DNA of 63,802 nucleotides, counting the filler, from Pelomyxa schiedti (taxonomy: Eukaryota; Protista; Evosea): assembly GCA_020536535.1 (NCBI GenBank). It is 13 parts of 13 records of this genome, joined end to end, with 100 filler letters (N's around TTAATTAATTAA, not from the genome) between each part and the next. Parts side by side here need not be neighbours in the genome. Positions count along the whole stretch, not along the records: positions 1 to 25,410 come from JAHLWZ010001048.1; 12 more parts are not named here. One strand, 5' to 3'. Under the pieces are notes generated by a model. That model was not told where the DNA came from. It searched no databases and saw only the letters and a program-made list of their open reading frames with translations. This document shows, piece by piece, positions 1-12,100 of the stretch. Positions within the stretch are counted from its first letter, which is position 1. Each line of letters starts with the position of its first letter. The position numbers were made by a program, and so were the translations under genes.

Positions 1-394
1 TGATGCTGGGAGCCTCGATGCCATGTACCGCCTGGCTGAGTGTTACTGGTCTGGAACTGGTGTTGAGAAAGACCTCCACAAGGCTGTCGTTTTGTACCAG
101 AAGGCCGTTGATGCTGGAGACACCAGCACGGCCTATGACCTTGGGTACTGCTTCAACCATGGTTATGGTGTTGAAAAGGACACCAAGAAAGCTGTTGAGC
201 TGTTCCACGTGGCAGTTGCCTCTGGTGATCAGCGTGGCATGTGCAGCCTTGGGAGGTGCTACCAAGTTGGCACAGGGCTGGGGACCACCGACGTCAGAAC
301 GGCGGCAAAGTTCTTCAGACTGGCTGTTGCTGCTGCTGAAAATGACTATGAAGCACAGGGGTGGCTCAACATCATTCTAAGAAGAAATTCTTGA
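1..394 (+). CDS. SEL1-like repeat protein, 3' part (5' end outside window)
   Basis: Three SEL1 repeats (AMYRLAECYWSGTGVEKDLHKAVVLYQKAVDAG; AYDLGYCFNHGYGVEKDTKKAVELF; GMCSLGRCYQVGTG); TGA stop at 392-394. Confidence 0.88.
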   Translation, partial: DAGSLDAMYRLAECYWSGTGVEKDLHKAVVLYQKAVDAGDTSTAYDLGYCFNHGYGVEKDTKKAVELFHVAVASGDQRGMCSLGRCYQVGTGLGTTDVRTAAKFFRLAVAAAENDYEAQGWLNIILRRNS

Positions 395-1024
395 TAGCTT
401 ACTTAGTGTTTTTTGGCTGGAAACCCAGGTTTTGTGTTAAATCTCCTCACACTTCTTGGTGGTGCTTTATTCCACCTGGCTGTGGAATCAGTTTCGCGGA
501 AAGGTGCCGTCAGAGATGATAGTACAACAGTCGGCCACAAACTTGGAAATCAAGCCGGCAGGTGAGCTGGTTTGGTTTTATTTATTTGGTTTCAGGTGGC
601 CAGAACAGAATCCAATTGCAAAGATCATACTGAGCCACAAGGTGCTGTACTTAGGGTACGCATCCCTCCAGCCAAGGCATTCAACAAAGGCCGCTTCCGG
701 GCAAAACCGTTCACTTCTGTACTTGCTGTTAATTGATTGATGGATTCCCGCAAATCCAAACCTATATCGTGTGTATTGCCGTGGGTCATTTCAGAGATCA
801 GAATACTTTCACACCTTTTGAATTCAGTGCACGTGACAGACCTTTTCCTTCTTTAGTTTGAGGTTCATTTGAGTCAAAAAGGATCTTACAGCAAATTAAA
901 CAAAGTGCGGGGTGTTAAAGAGTTCAACCTTCAGGACGTGTCATAATCTGCATGTGATTTGTCATCAAGGCTGTGACGGTAAGGATTTTCTGAGATCATG
1001 ATCATGTCTTCACTGTGTGATGAT

Positions 1025-1110
1025 CTCATTCACTTGGTACTGTGTCACATCCCCGGAGTCACTCCTGACGACGAGGCAGAGAGTGCAATAGCCGATATCT
1101 TGCACAGTCC
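1025..1110 (-). pseudogene. Isolated remnant of a kinase-family C-terminal exon
   Basis: Resembles 2806-2890 (cacttggt-ctgtgtcacat...gagagtgcaatagc) but lies downstream of the gene's stop codon. Confidence 0.45.
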
Positions 1111-1276
1111 ATTTGTACACTTTTACACTAGGGTTTTTGCCGGTTATACAACGATTTTTAGCACTTTTCCGTCTTTGCAAAAGTGCCAAACCGGTTGCAT
1201 GCGACAAGAAAGAAAAACCTCTCAATGCACTTTGTGTGGTTTTAGTACTTTACCCAGAACGTTGTTTTGTTTCCTA

Positions 1277-4200
1277 TTATGATCTGCAGAGAGGCCCAAG
1301 TGATGATAACCATTGTGCAATACACTCTGGAGATGATGATGATGATGAAAGTGTAACGGCTGTGGTGGTGCAGCAACCCTGCAGTGTCTCCACAATCGCT
1401 GTGAATGACTGCCGGTTGCTCTCTGTGTAATTTGTGTCAGGGTTTCATTGTTTGAACGGACACAAGGGGCAACAAACAGAACAGAACACATACCGCAAAT
1501 TGACAGGCATGTCTGAACGATGGAGAAAAGCCGGTCCGGGGCAGTTCCAAGGGCTGAAATAATGGACGCCGCAGTCAGATCACTCCTGGGTGGAACGACG
1601 GAGAACAGGGGAGAGTCCGCCGAGTGGATAATAGTGTCCACTGCGCGGAGGAATTCATCCCTCCTGTTCAGGCAGCACATAACGGCGTCTTTTGAGGCTT
1701 CGCGGCAGAGCTTATCCACCTCTGTTGGTTGCATTAAACGGGTGGTGTTAAAGAATTTCAACCTTCAGCATCGTCGGGAGTAAGTTTTCTCTTTTGTTCA
1801 TTCAGAAAAGTTTCCGGGTCTGAATGTAGCGTCACATCAACAGCATTTCCGGAAATCATTTCAGTTGTCACAATCCCAAAGCTCCACAGATCTCCTGTAG
1901 GTTTTTTTTTGTGCGAAGGGTTTTTGTGGGAGCAGAAAAAACCCTAATATTTCCGGATAGGATAAACCTTTTTGAGAAAAATGCCTTGTGAACATCTGAG
2001 GAGACATGTACACTGCGACACCGGGGTGTTCATTTCGTGTCTCAGCCGGCTGGATACATTTGGTGGCTGATACTTCAAAGTTTTAGTGTTAAAGTTCACC
2101 CACCGTTTTAAAACGGGGATCACACACTGAAATCACAGATTTTTGGGGTTCCATCTTTATCAAAAAGGATGTTGCTGCTATTCAAATCCCCATGCATGTA
2201 ATTTTGCCTGTCCAAAGCAAGGCTTTTAGTGTTTTTTTTTTAAAAGTAAAAAGATACTTATGAAGGCATTCCATTCCTTTGGCAAGAGAAAGTCCAATCC
2301 CAATCACTTCTTGGAATTTAAGTGGTTTCTTGTTTTTTTTTTCCTTGTAAACTAGGAGGGAGGTGAAGAATACAAACCTTATGAAGGAGCTGTTTTAGAG
2401 TGCAACACATGAGCTCCGATACAAGGAGTAGCTTCCCAGATGTTGTTGTGCACATTCCAAGGCACTTCACAATATTAGGATGCTTAATCTCACTCATGAT
2501 CTGTGTGCGGTTTGGTCATCAAACGAGACTTCACATTACAAATACCTCTGCTTCAAGCCTGAGACGTTCAGCATTGTTATCTGTCATCATTAAATCATGA
2601 AGTGTCTTCACTGCAACATCCTTTGATGTTGGAATGAGTTTGCCTGAGAACACAGCTCCATAAGTCCCACGCCCCAGCTCAACACTTGAGATTCTCAGGT
2701 CTGTTTCTTTGATGTTTATAACCGCACAGTGTGATGGTTGTGCAGGAGAAGAAGCAGGAAAGGTTGTGGGTGCAATGAATGACAGCCACCGTGAGATGCT
2801 CTCCTTCACTTGGTCCTGTGTCACATTCCCAGGAGGCACATCTGATGATGAGGAGGCTGAGAGTGCAATAGCTGCTGATGTGCAGCAGCACTGCAGAATC
2901 TGCACGATCACTGTAAATGGGGCCCGGTTCTTCTCTGTGATTGTATTGTTGGGTTTGTTGAGTTTCAAAAAGGAGTTTTGAACAAACCACAAATTGAGAG
3001 GCAAGATTGAACGACAAGAAACAGGAGGTCGGGTGCTGTGCCAAGGGCCCCAATGTCAAGGTCTGCAAAGAAATAGGGGGAATTTGCTGAATGAACGAGG
3101 GTGTTTACTGTGCTCAGCGATGACTCCCTCCTGTCCAAGCAACATATAACAGTGGTTTCAGTGGCTTTCCGGCAAAGATCATTCACTTCTGTTCAGACTG
3201 ATTGGCCAATGAAGTGATGGGAGGAACACAAACCTTGAACATCTAGTGGTGGAAGTAACTTTTTTTTTTCATCCAGAACTGCTAGCTGCTGTGCAAGAGT
3301 CAAAGTGTGGCAAGCAGAGTCAACAAACTCGCCGTTAATCATTTCAGTGGTCAGAATCCCGAAGCTCCACACATCCCCTTGAAAATTTTTTTGAGAAGAA
3401 AAATTCAGGGTGAAAACGAAACCTTTCAAGGAGTAATGGTCAGTGAACATCTGAGGTGACATGTACACCAGTGTCCCAGGAACTTTGGTTATTATAGACG
3501 CTTGTAGGCATTGAGATTTCATTGCACGTGACACACCTTTTTGTTTTCATTTATTATTGAGGTGGTGGGAAGTAAGAAAGTAATGCACACCAAAGTCACA
3601 TATTTTTGGAGTTCCATTTGCATCCAAAAGAATGTTGTTGCTGCTCAAATCCCGGTGCATGTAATTTTGCCTGTTGTCCACCAGGAAGTTTTGTTTTGGT
3701 TGTTAGTTAGATCAATCCATCCTGTCAGCTCTCATATTCATCATACCTGTGGAGGGCATCCATTCCCTTGGCAATGCCAAGTGCAATGGCCACAGCTTCT
3801 TGGAATTTCAAATTTTTCTGGTTTTTTACTGGTCAGGGTTTGCTCTCACAAGAGGATCAGAATGAAAAACCTGGCGAAGAAGCTGCCTGAGACTGCAACA
3901 CATGAGCTCAGACACCAGCATTAGTTTCCCAACTGAACTGTTGCATGTCCCAATGCACTTGACAATGTTGGGATGCCTCAATCCACTCACAATCTATGTA
4001 TTGTTTGTATTTTTTTATTTTTTGGGCCCATTAAGGAACCAATGCAACGGTCATGACAACAAACCTCTGCTTCAAGTCTGAAACGGTCAACACTGTATTT
4101 TTCTGCAATGGCATCATGAAGTGTCTTCACCGCAACGTCAGTTGATGACGGGATGTGTTTGCTTTTGAACACAGTCCCATATGATCCACTCCCCAATGAG

Positions 4201-5983
4201 GATGACATTATAAGGTGTTTTTCTTGGATGTCCAGTATTGGAGTGAGTCTCACCTTCACTTGCAGTTTGCACTCTTCACTTTCTGTTGAATGTCATTGTG
4301 CGGTTTTGTATACAGGGAGAGTGGAGACAACCTCGGACTGACAGTGATTGAGACAATGTCGAGGTGCTTGAGCAAGGAACTTCTGCTTGTTCATGTGCAC
4401 CCACAGCAGAGACAGAGACAACTTGGTGGTTTTCATCAATTCCAAACCTCTTTTCAATTTCCATCTTCACAATCTTTTTTGCAAGTTCTTTCTTCAGTTT
4501 TTCATTTATTGAGTGGATTGTGAGGTTACTTTGTCAAATGGGCACAAGCAGCAAAATTGTTCATGAAAAGTGATGTCATGCCTTTCTAGTGTCACTGAAA
4601 CTTCCTTCATTACACACTTGTTGCTGGGTTCTGTTTGCTGAGCTGGCAAAGTAGATTTGATCCATGATCCTTGTTGAATGTGCTGTAGAACATGGCTAAA
4701 GCCTGTCACCATTGTCAAAGTAAATATATTCCACTTTTACGAATAATAATAGTAATAATAAGTAGAATTCTTACATTCTTCTTGTTTCTTGACCTCTTCA
4801 CTCCGGACACTCAGAACTGTTTTTAAAGGTAATGAGTGATGTATACAAATGAAAGATGGTACACACGTTTAGTCTGTTCAGAAAGTTGATGTTCCACAGC
4901 GTTCAGGGCATCCAATAATTCGTTCGCTTTTACCTCTGAAGCTTGAGCTCGCTCCTCAACTTGCTTGAGTTGATGTTTGAGCTGGCTGTTCTCATTCTCC
5001 AGAGCACTGATGCGTTCGGCTGCCCCGCTGTCACTGCCACCACACCCAAGGAAATGAGTCCCACCTCCACTCTCTTTGAAAACACCTTTTTGCAAAGCCC
5101 CAACGCCGCTGGTTGTAACCCGGCCGTCGGAATTCTTGAACTTGGCGTTCCCTTCCCCAACGCCGTCATCTGAGAATCTGCCGGCGAACTCATCACCGTT
5201 TGGCCAGGTTACTTTGCCGGACTTTATCACTCCGTTCTCCCAAACACCCTCGATCACAGTTCCATCACGTTCCCACTTTTTTCCGGCGCCGTGCATTTTC
5301 CCACACACCCAATCTCCCTCGTATCTCGTCCCATCATCCCAAATCCTGACGCCCCTCCCATGGAACACGTCGTCCTTCCACCCGCCGACGTAGATGCCCC
5401 CTCCCTGGCTGTGCTCGCCAAACATCATCCTCCCATAACCGCTCCTCTTGCCGTGGTCGAACTCGCCGTCATAAACGTCGCCGGTGCCCCGCGGCGACCT
5501 CCAGATGCCCCTCCCGTGCCACTCGTGCCTGTCCCACTCGCCCTCATAGACCGTCTCCATCGCCCTCGTGGCGGCCGGCGAATCTGCGCCGGTCGTCGTC
5601 GTCGTCGTCGTCGACGCCCTCACTATCCTCCTCTGGACACCCCACCCCTGCATCTGGTACGAATGGCCCGCGCCGGTCCGCACCTGGACCCAGCTGCCGT
5701 CCCTGAGGGTGCCGTCGGTGCTGAGGCAGCGGCCGCGGGCCCAGCGGCCGCCGCGGTGGAGGCCCTCGAAGGTCTCGCCGTCGGGGCCGCGCCACTGACC
5801 CCACCCGTCCTTCTGCCCCTGCTGCCACTCGCCGTCGTACTGCTCCCCAGTCGTCGGCCACCAGCACACCCCGCGGCCGTCCCGCTTGTTGTCGACAAGG
5901 CGGCCCGTGTACAGCACGGTGCCGGACCCACTGAAGTCTGTTACGTCCTCGACCGTATGTGTTGTGGCGTTGGTATTCGCCAT
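1277..5983 (-). CDS. Multi-exon MORN-repeat / coiled-coil / ubiquitin-like / tandem TKL-type protein kinase
   Basis: MORN repeats (YEGEW...HGRG) at about 5050-5930. Kinase 1: GSGSYG, VAVK, HRDLSSNN, DFG, GTLVYMSPQ, DVWSFG (4260-2780). It runs in frame into kinase 2: GRGTYG, VAVK, HGDLNSSN, YMSPQ, DLWSFG (2720-1277). GT-AG introns are at positions shared with paralogs. Start at MANTNAT is inferred. Confidence 0.8.
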
Positions 5984-6180
5984 CGGTCGTTCAGCACAAG
6001 AAAGCAAATTTGGTTTGTTTTTGCGATTCTCCTGATCGAGTAATGTTGGCTGGGCCGAATGTCCACCGACGCATCTACATGTGCTGTTCCAGTTGGTTGA
6101 TCCCACGGAAGGGTCCACAGTGGTCTCTGAGACCACTCACAAGCAAGCACCGAAGAGCCACCGCGGAATCAAAATTCGAA

Positions 6181-9100
6181 ATGCTCGGAACAGGAGGTGA
6201 TGGCGACGTAGTCTCCGGGCTACCCAGCACCCCCAAGCGGACCAAGTACAAGCCCCCGCCATCACCCCGCCGCGGCTCCAGCAGCGATGAGGACCGCGGC
6301 CCGCGACCCTCCGACGACTACGACGAGGAGGAGCCCTCGCCGCCCGCCGCCCGGCGCCACATCGTATGCTGCGCCCGCGCCGGCTCGCAGACGGCAGAAG
6401 GCGCCGTACACGCCGCCTCGTCGGCGCGAGCGGAGGAGGAGCCTCCTCCGCGGGACAAGGCTCCGAGCGGCGAAGACGTAGACGCGGGCGGCAAGCGGGG
6501 CGCATCAGATGGTGGCGGTGATGCGGAGGGAGCAGAAGGGGCAGCAGCGGAGGGGGGCGACGAGGAGAGGGAGCACCCGGCCGGCGGGAAAGAGGAGGAG
6601 CATCAGGAGGAGGAGGAGGGAGACAAGGGACGTGGCGGCCGCGGCGACGACGATGATGATGATGATGGTGGTGACGGCGGCGGCGGTGATGACCACGAAA
6701 TGGGGAAGAAAAAGGACGACGGACACAGGAGGAAGGACAAGAAGGTAGCAAAGAAGAAAGGAAAGCAAAAGGGAAAGGGGAAGGGAAAGGGAAAGGGAAA
6801 GGGGAAGGGGAAGAGAAAGGGAAAAGGCAGCGAGGAGGGCCACGAGGGTGGTGCCGGCGGTGGTGGTGGTGGTGATGATGATAGGGATGTTGTTGCTGCA
6901 GACGTGAAGGGAAGTTGCCTTGATGATGACCTCGATGATGATGATTGGGATTTTTTGGCTGATGCTCCCAAGGGAGGGTAAGGGTGGCTTGTTGCTGTTA
7001 TTGGGTGAGTGTGGTGATGCGCGTTAAGTAGTAGTATTTTGGCCCCATTTGTTTTGCTTTTCCTTGGTATCTCATTTTCATTCCAGTCGAAAGAGGATTG
7101 CCAAGGACCCAGCAGAACGGCAGGGGGACTTCAGCACAAAGAAACCAAGAACAGATGCCATCCCGTCTGATGTGGGTATTGATGACTCTGACGATCCAAT
7201 GAAGTGAGTTTGGCGATGTGTTTGATCAAGATTTTTTTTAATTATGGTTTTTAGATGCACATTATGCAGGCAACTCCTGGCATATGTGACAGTTTGTAAG
7301 GTTTAGTAGTAAAGTACACCCTCTTGTCCTCTGAGTGGTGCTCACCTCTCTGTATTGAAGGTCCCTATGGAAAGTGCAGAGGAAGCGATTGCCTTATGTG
7401 ATAGCAAGGTATTATATACAAAAAAGTGTAGATGTGAGTCTTAACACGGAAAACCACATAGTTGAGTGAAGGAGATCTACCCCATCAAGAAGACCTTAAA
7501 GCAAGCCCGATTTTCGCATTACGGAAATTTGCTGTATATGCCGCATGCCACCACATGCTACCCTTGAATAATGACCTAAATGATGCTTGTGACCTACAAT
7601 CTTATGAGCCAATATTCATATGTGGAAATATTAATGTACGTTTCTTTCCCGACAAACATTTCTACATTAACATTTTTGACACCAGAAAGAAAATGCTGAA
7701 CCTGAGTCTGAAGGCGTTTTTGTTCAGGTTTCCATTCAAACAGCATTGAACCTGTTGAGACTTAACCAATACCAGGGAATGGAAGTGAAGTCATGGTGGG
7801 CTGAGTGGTCCTGTGAGGGTGATGAACCCATACTTGGGGTTTCCACAGATTACGCAGACTATCACCTTTTTGACGAAATCGAGCCCTACTCCCCCTTTAT
7901 GTTACAACTAAGGCAAAAGTATCTCTTAGGTTTCTAAAACTCATAAAAAACGATAACCAGTTAACATGATAAACTAGTCAAAATTGTCATAGACTTCTTG
8001 CTGGATAATTTTTGTGCAAGTTACAATGAGCTCTTGGCACATCTTGAAACTTATAAAGCCCCCACTTGGTTCCCTCCAATCAGAGATGAAACACCTCTTG
8101 TTTCTAATGCAGCATTCATCATTTCCCAGGGTGACACAAAAATTGATAAGAGTGGTCATTTCTAACAAAGAAATAATAGTTGTTTCTTTTGACATGCCAA
8201 CTGGGGAGGAAGAGGAAAACCAACTTTCTGAGGAAGAAAAGTTGCTCAACGCAGACTGCATTAAAACTCTGGCTGATATTTCTGGGGTATGATTTTTTTT
8301 CTCTTAGACATATGGATGTGCATTCACCAACTTGAATAAAGCTCTCCATTGATGAAATTTATGCAAAAGTGATTGCTCAGGTGCATCCCCACTTCTGTTC
8401 TTGTTGTACTTACTTCGGAATTATAGCAGCAAGCTATGGACACTGCCGAGGAAAGTGAGGAAGTTGAATGCGCCGGAAAAAGAAGGAAAGGCAAGAGCCG
8501 CAGGAGAACAGCTAGTGTTTTTTCATCACTTAGAGAAAAGCATAACAAGTCCCTTGCTGTGCTTACTCCACGTGTTGAAAGAATCATGGAGGACTTTTTT
8601 GAACACCAGGCAATGCAATCACCTATTACCCTCTTTGTTAAAAGCAACTTACCGACTGCAAAGATTTTACCCAGTGGAGACGTGAAGCGGTTTACTCCAT
8701 GTGGAAAGTGTGAACCATGCCTGCGTCCTGATTGTGGGGAGTGTGCAAATTGCCAAGACATGGTGAAATTTGGAGGACCTGGACGACGGAAACAACGATG
8801 TAAGAAAAGGAGATGTCTTGAAATGGTGATGAAAAAATGTACGTTTCTCCACTTGTTTAGTTCCTTCCAGTGTTGACCATTCTCATTACCCTCCTTTTTT
8901 TTTCACCCAGCAAGCAAACCAACTAAGTAAGACCCCTATTCCCACTGTAAAGATGATAAGTCGATCTCACTTTCACAATAGGGACGAAGTGTCAACTGAA
9001 AGCACCGCTCCCAAACCTGAAGCAAAAGCACAATTATGTGACAAGAATCCACCAAAGCCACATAAACCTGCCACTTCCATTAAGTGGATTGGGGAGGGAC

Positions 9101-12100
9101 GGAAATGTGGAAAAAAGCTGCATTACAGCAGTGTGTGTGTCAACGGGGAGGTACTGAAGACTGGTGATGCTGTCAAAGTCAGAAAACCCAAGAATAGCAA
9201 GTCTTCACCTCACTCCCAAAGTACTCCGCAGTATGTGCTCATCTTGTCTCTTTATTGTGAGGTATGACCATTATTTTGTTATGTTTCCTGAGGAAATTCC
9301 TAGAATTCAGTCTCCATGATGCATGGCGTTTTTTTTCAAGCCGGATATGTTACAGTACTTGGTGAAACAGCGTTTGAAAATGAACTATTTCAGATTCCTT
9401 TCTGCGGAAATATCGCCTTAAATCAGATCCGCTACAAAGTTAGCATGACAAATGCCACAATACTTGACATAACTCAAAAAGGTATCTTTGTCTTACAAGC
9501 CACCAAGTGAAAACTGGGCAAAAGAGGGTATTCTCTTTTCTTTGCTAGGATTCCTCCCTCCCGTTCGAAGTATTTGATAACCTTTTTAGGTACCACTGAT
9601 GAACCACTTGTTATTTCTGATCCCAGAACATTTGTCTGGCGCTGTTTGTGGATCGGATCTGAGAGGCGATTTGTATCTCCACCATCGAACTGTCACTTTT
9701 CCTCCACTGATCTTGCAACCTTGAGTATATTATAACTTTATGTACTGGCACTCACACATACTAAAGAATGCCCATACTGCAAGACATCTGGTGAAGCAAG
9801 TCCCGTAACAAGTATTTTCACCTAACTTCAACATAAAACTACCAATGTATACAAACAGAATATCGTGGTTATGATGTGAATGGTGTGAGATACAACGTTG
9901 GCGATTGTGCATTCTTTCCCCCAGAAACGTGGTCATTGGGATCTGATGTATAAGCAAGAAGCATTAAAATTCGAATAACTATGTTTGCAGCCTGAAAAGG
10001 ATGTGATTGTGGATGAGATCGATGAAGAACGACAAAACAATCCTCTTTTGTATCCCGAATATTACAGAAAGTGTATGAAAAAAGCGTGTGCATTTAGTTG
10101 AATCTTCATTCTGATCACTCATTTCCACACAGAAAACGATTCCCTGCACCGAAGCCATACCAGATCGGTCAAATTTTGAAAATTACCAATAAGAACAACA
10201 AAACCTACTTCCTCCTGTCCAAATTCTATAGGCCTGAGGAGACCATGTCTTTAGACGCAAATAATCCACACCCCTACAATGAGTTGTTTTCCTCTGACCA
10301 GACACAAAGTGTTTCTGCTAACAAAGTTCAGGGCTTGTGCACTGTGCTCCGTTAGTCTTCACTCATCAATTTTCCTCATCAAAATGCACTGAAAGTACAA
10401 TTAGATAACTCTGAGCTGGCCAGTGTTGATCGTGATGAGGTTTTTTTCCAAGATAATTGCTTCTTCTTTTGCAAAAAATATGACCCACGCACCAAAAAAG
10501 TATAGTTGTTTCTCTTCTACCTCTTTTCTCAAAGAGTGCAGGTTTGTGAAACAGAAGCACCAAAACGTGCTTCTCCAGTCTCTATTCCGAGCCTTGCTCA
10601 TCCACGTATTTCCCCATCCATTTTCCATTTCAATTTGAACATAATAAATTCAGGGCCACTGAGATGCCTTGATATATTTGCTGGGTGTGGTGGTCTAAGT
10701 GCAGGATTAGAACAGGTTTATTCTTCTATGGCTTCAACGTTGTTCACCCTTTCCTTTCATTTTTTAAAACCACAAGTCCGGCATTGTAGATTTGGAGTGG
10801 GCAATAGAAATTGACGACCAAGCATCAAAAGCATGTAAGTTGAATCATCCTAAAGCGCAAGTTTTCTCAGTAAGCACCTTGACTAATATTGCTTGTTCCC
10901 TTAACTCACGGGAAATTAGGAGGACTGCAATTCCTTGCTTTCCTCTATCATCCGGCATGAAGCGGGAGAAGATTCCCACAACCACAACCTGCCTCGTGTT
11001 GGGGATGTAGAGGTCATAGTAGGAGGTCCTCCATGCCAAGGCTATTCTGGTTTGTAACTTATAACAATAGCTTTGTTTTAACTTCTTTGGGAAAGGTATG
11101 AACCGCTTTTCCTCTGGTACCTACTCGAAATTCAAGGTAACGCACCTACACCAAAAACCCACCTTGCCTTATCTTTTTAGAATTCACTTGTTGCAACCTT
11201 TCTGAGTTACTTGGACTTTTTCAGACCAAAGTATTTTTTGTTGGAGAATGTCCGGAACTTCTTCTTTTTTAAAAAACAAGCCGTAAGTAGTCCTGACCTA
11301 AGATTTCGTTGTCCTGCCAGTATAAACTTACCCAGGCCTCAGGTTCTCAAGCTTGTTTTACGCTGTCTGGTTGAGATGCACTACCAGTGCACTTTTGGAA
11401 TACTACAGGCTGGACACTATGGAGTGCCTCAGTCAAGAAGGCGTGCTTTTATATTAGCAGCTGCCCCTAATGAGGTTTTGTTTCTTATTGTCTGGCCCTT
11501 GATGACTTATCCTAAATTCAGGTTCTGCCCCAGTTCCCTTCCCCAAGGCACATTTTCTCCAAAGGAACGTCCTCGCATCCCGGATCAGAGTCTATTACGA
11601 TTGGAGATACCAAATTTACAATGTTCAATCAAAAATCAGCCCCATTCCGGCTTGTTACAGTTAGGTACAAAATATGCGTTCAGCTTTAGAACTGAAATCT
11701 CATCAAAACAAGAGATGCCATTTCTGATCTCCCAAAAGTGGACGCCTATGCATCAGAAGAAATTCTAGAATATGATAAAGACCCACAATCACATTACCAG
11801 CGGCTTGTGAGAGGAAGTAGGACCCTCTCATCTCACTTAGTGTTTACTCAATTGCGTACCCCAGGAATTCCATCATCTCATGTAGCAGATCAGATTGTCA
11901 AGCAACTGACACCCCTCGTTATAGCGCGCATTAAGCTCATCCCCCCTAACAAAGGTGGGGACTGGAGAGATCTTCCAAACCAGGTTGTTACACTCCCCGA
12001 CGGCACAAAGACGGAGCTGCTGCCTTATACACATCACGACAAAAAGGTCTTCACTCTTTCCAGAGTTCCTTTCTTTGTAAAAGAAGAACTAGCAAGGAGA

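Noticed and set aside
2210-2260. GTATCTTT donors resembling U12 introns (also near 17840)
   Set aside because: Imperfect match to GTATCCTT, and paralogous introns at the same positions have ordinary donors.
5076-6971. Long antisense and alternative-frame ORFs over MORN exons and DNMT1 exon 1 (also 19274-19960 and 46552-47323)
   Set aside because: Shadow ORFs caused by GC-rich codon usage.
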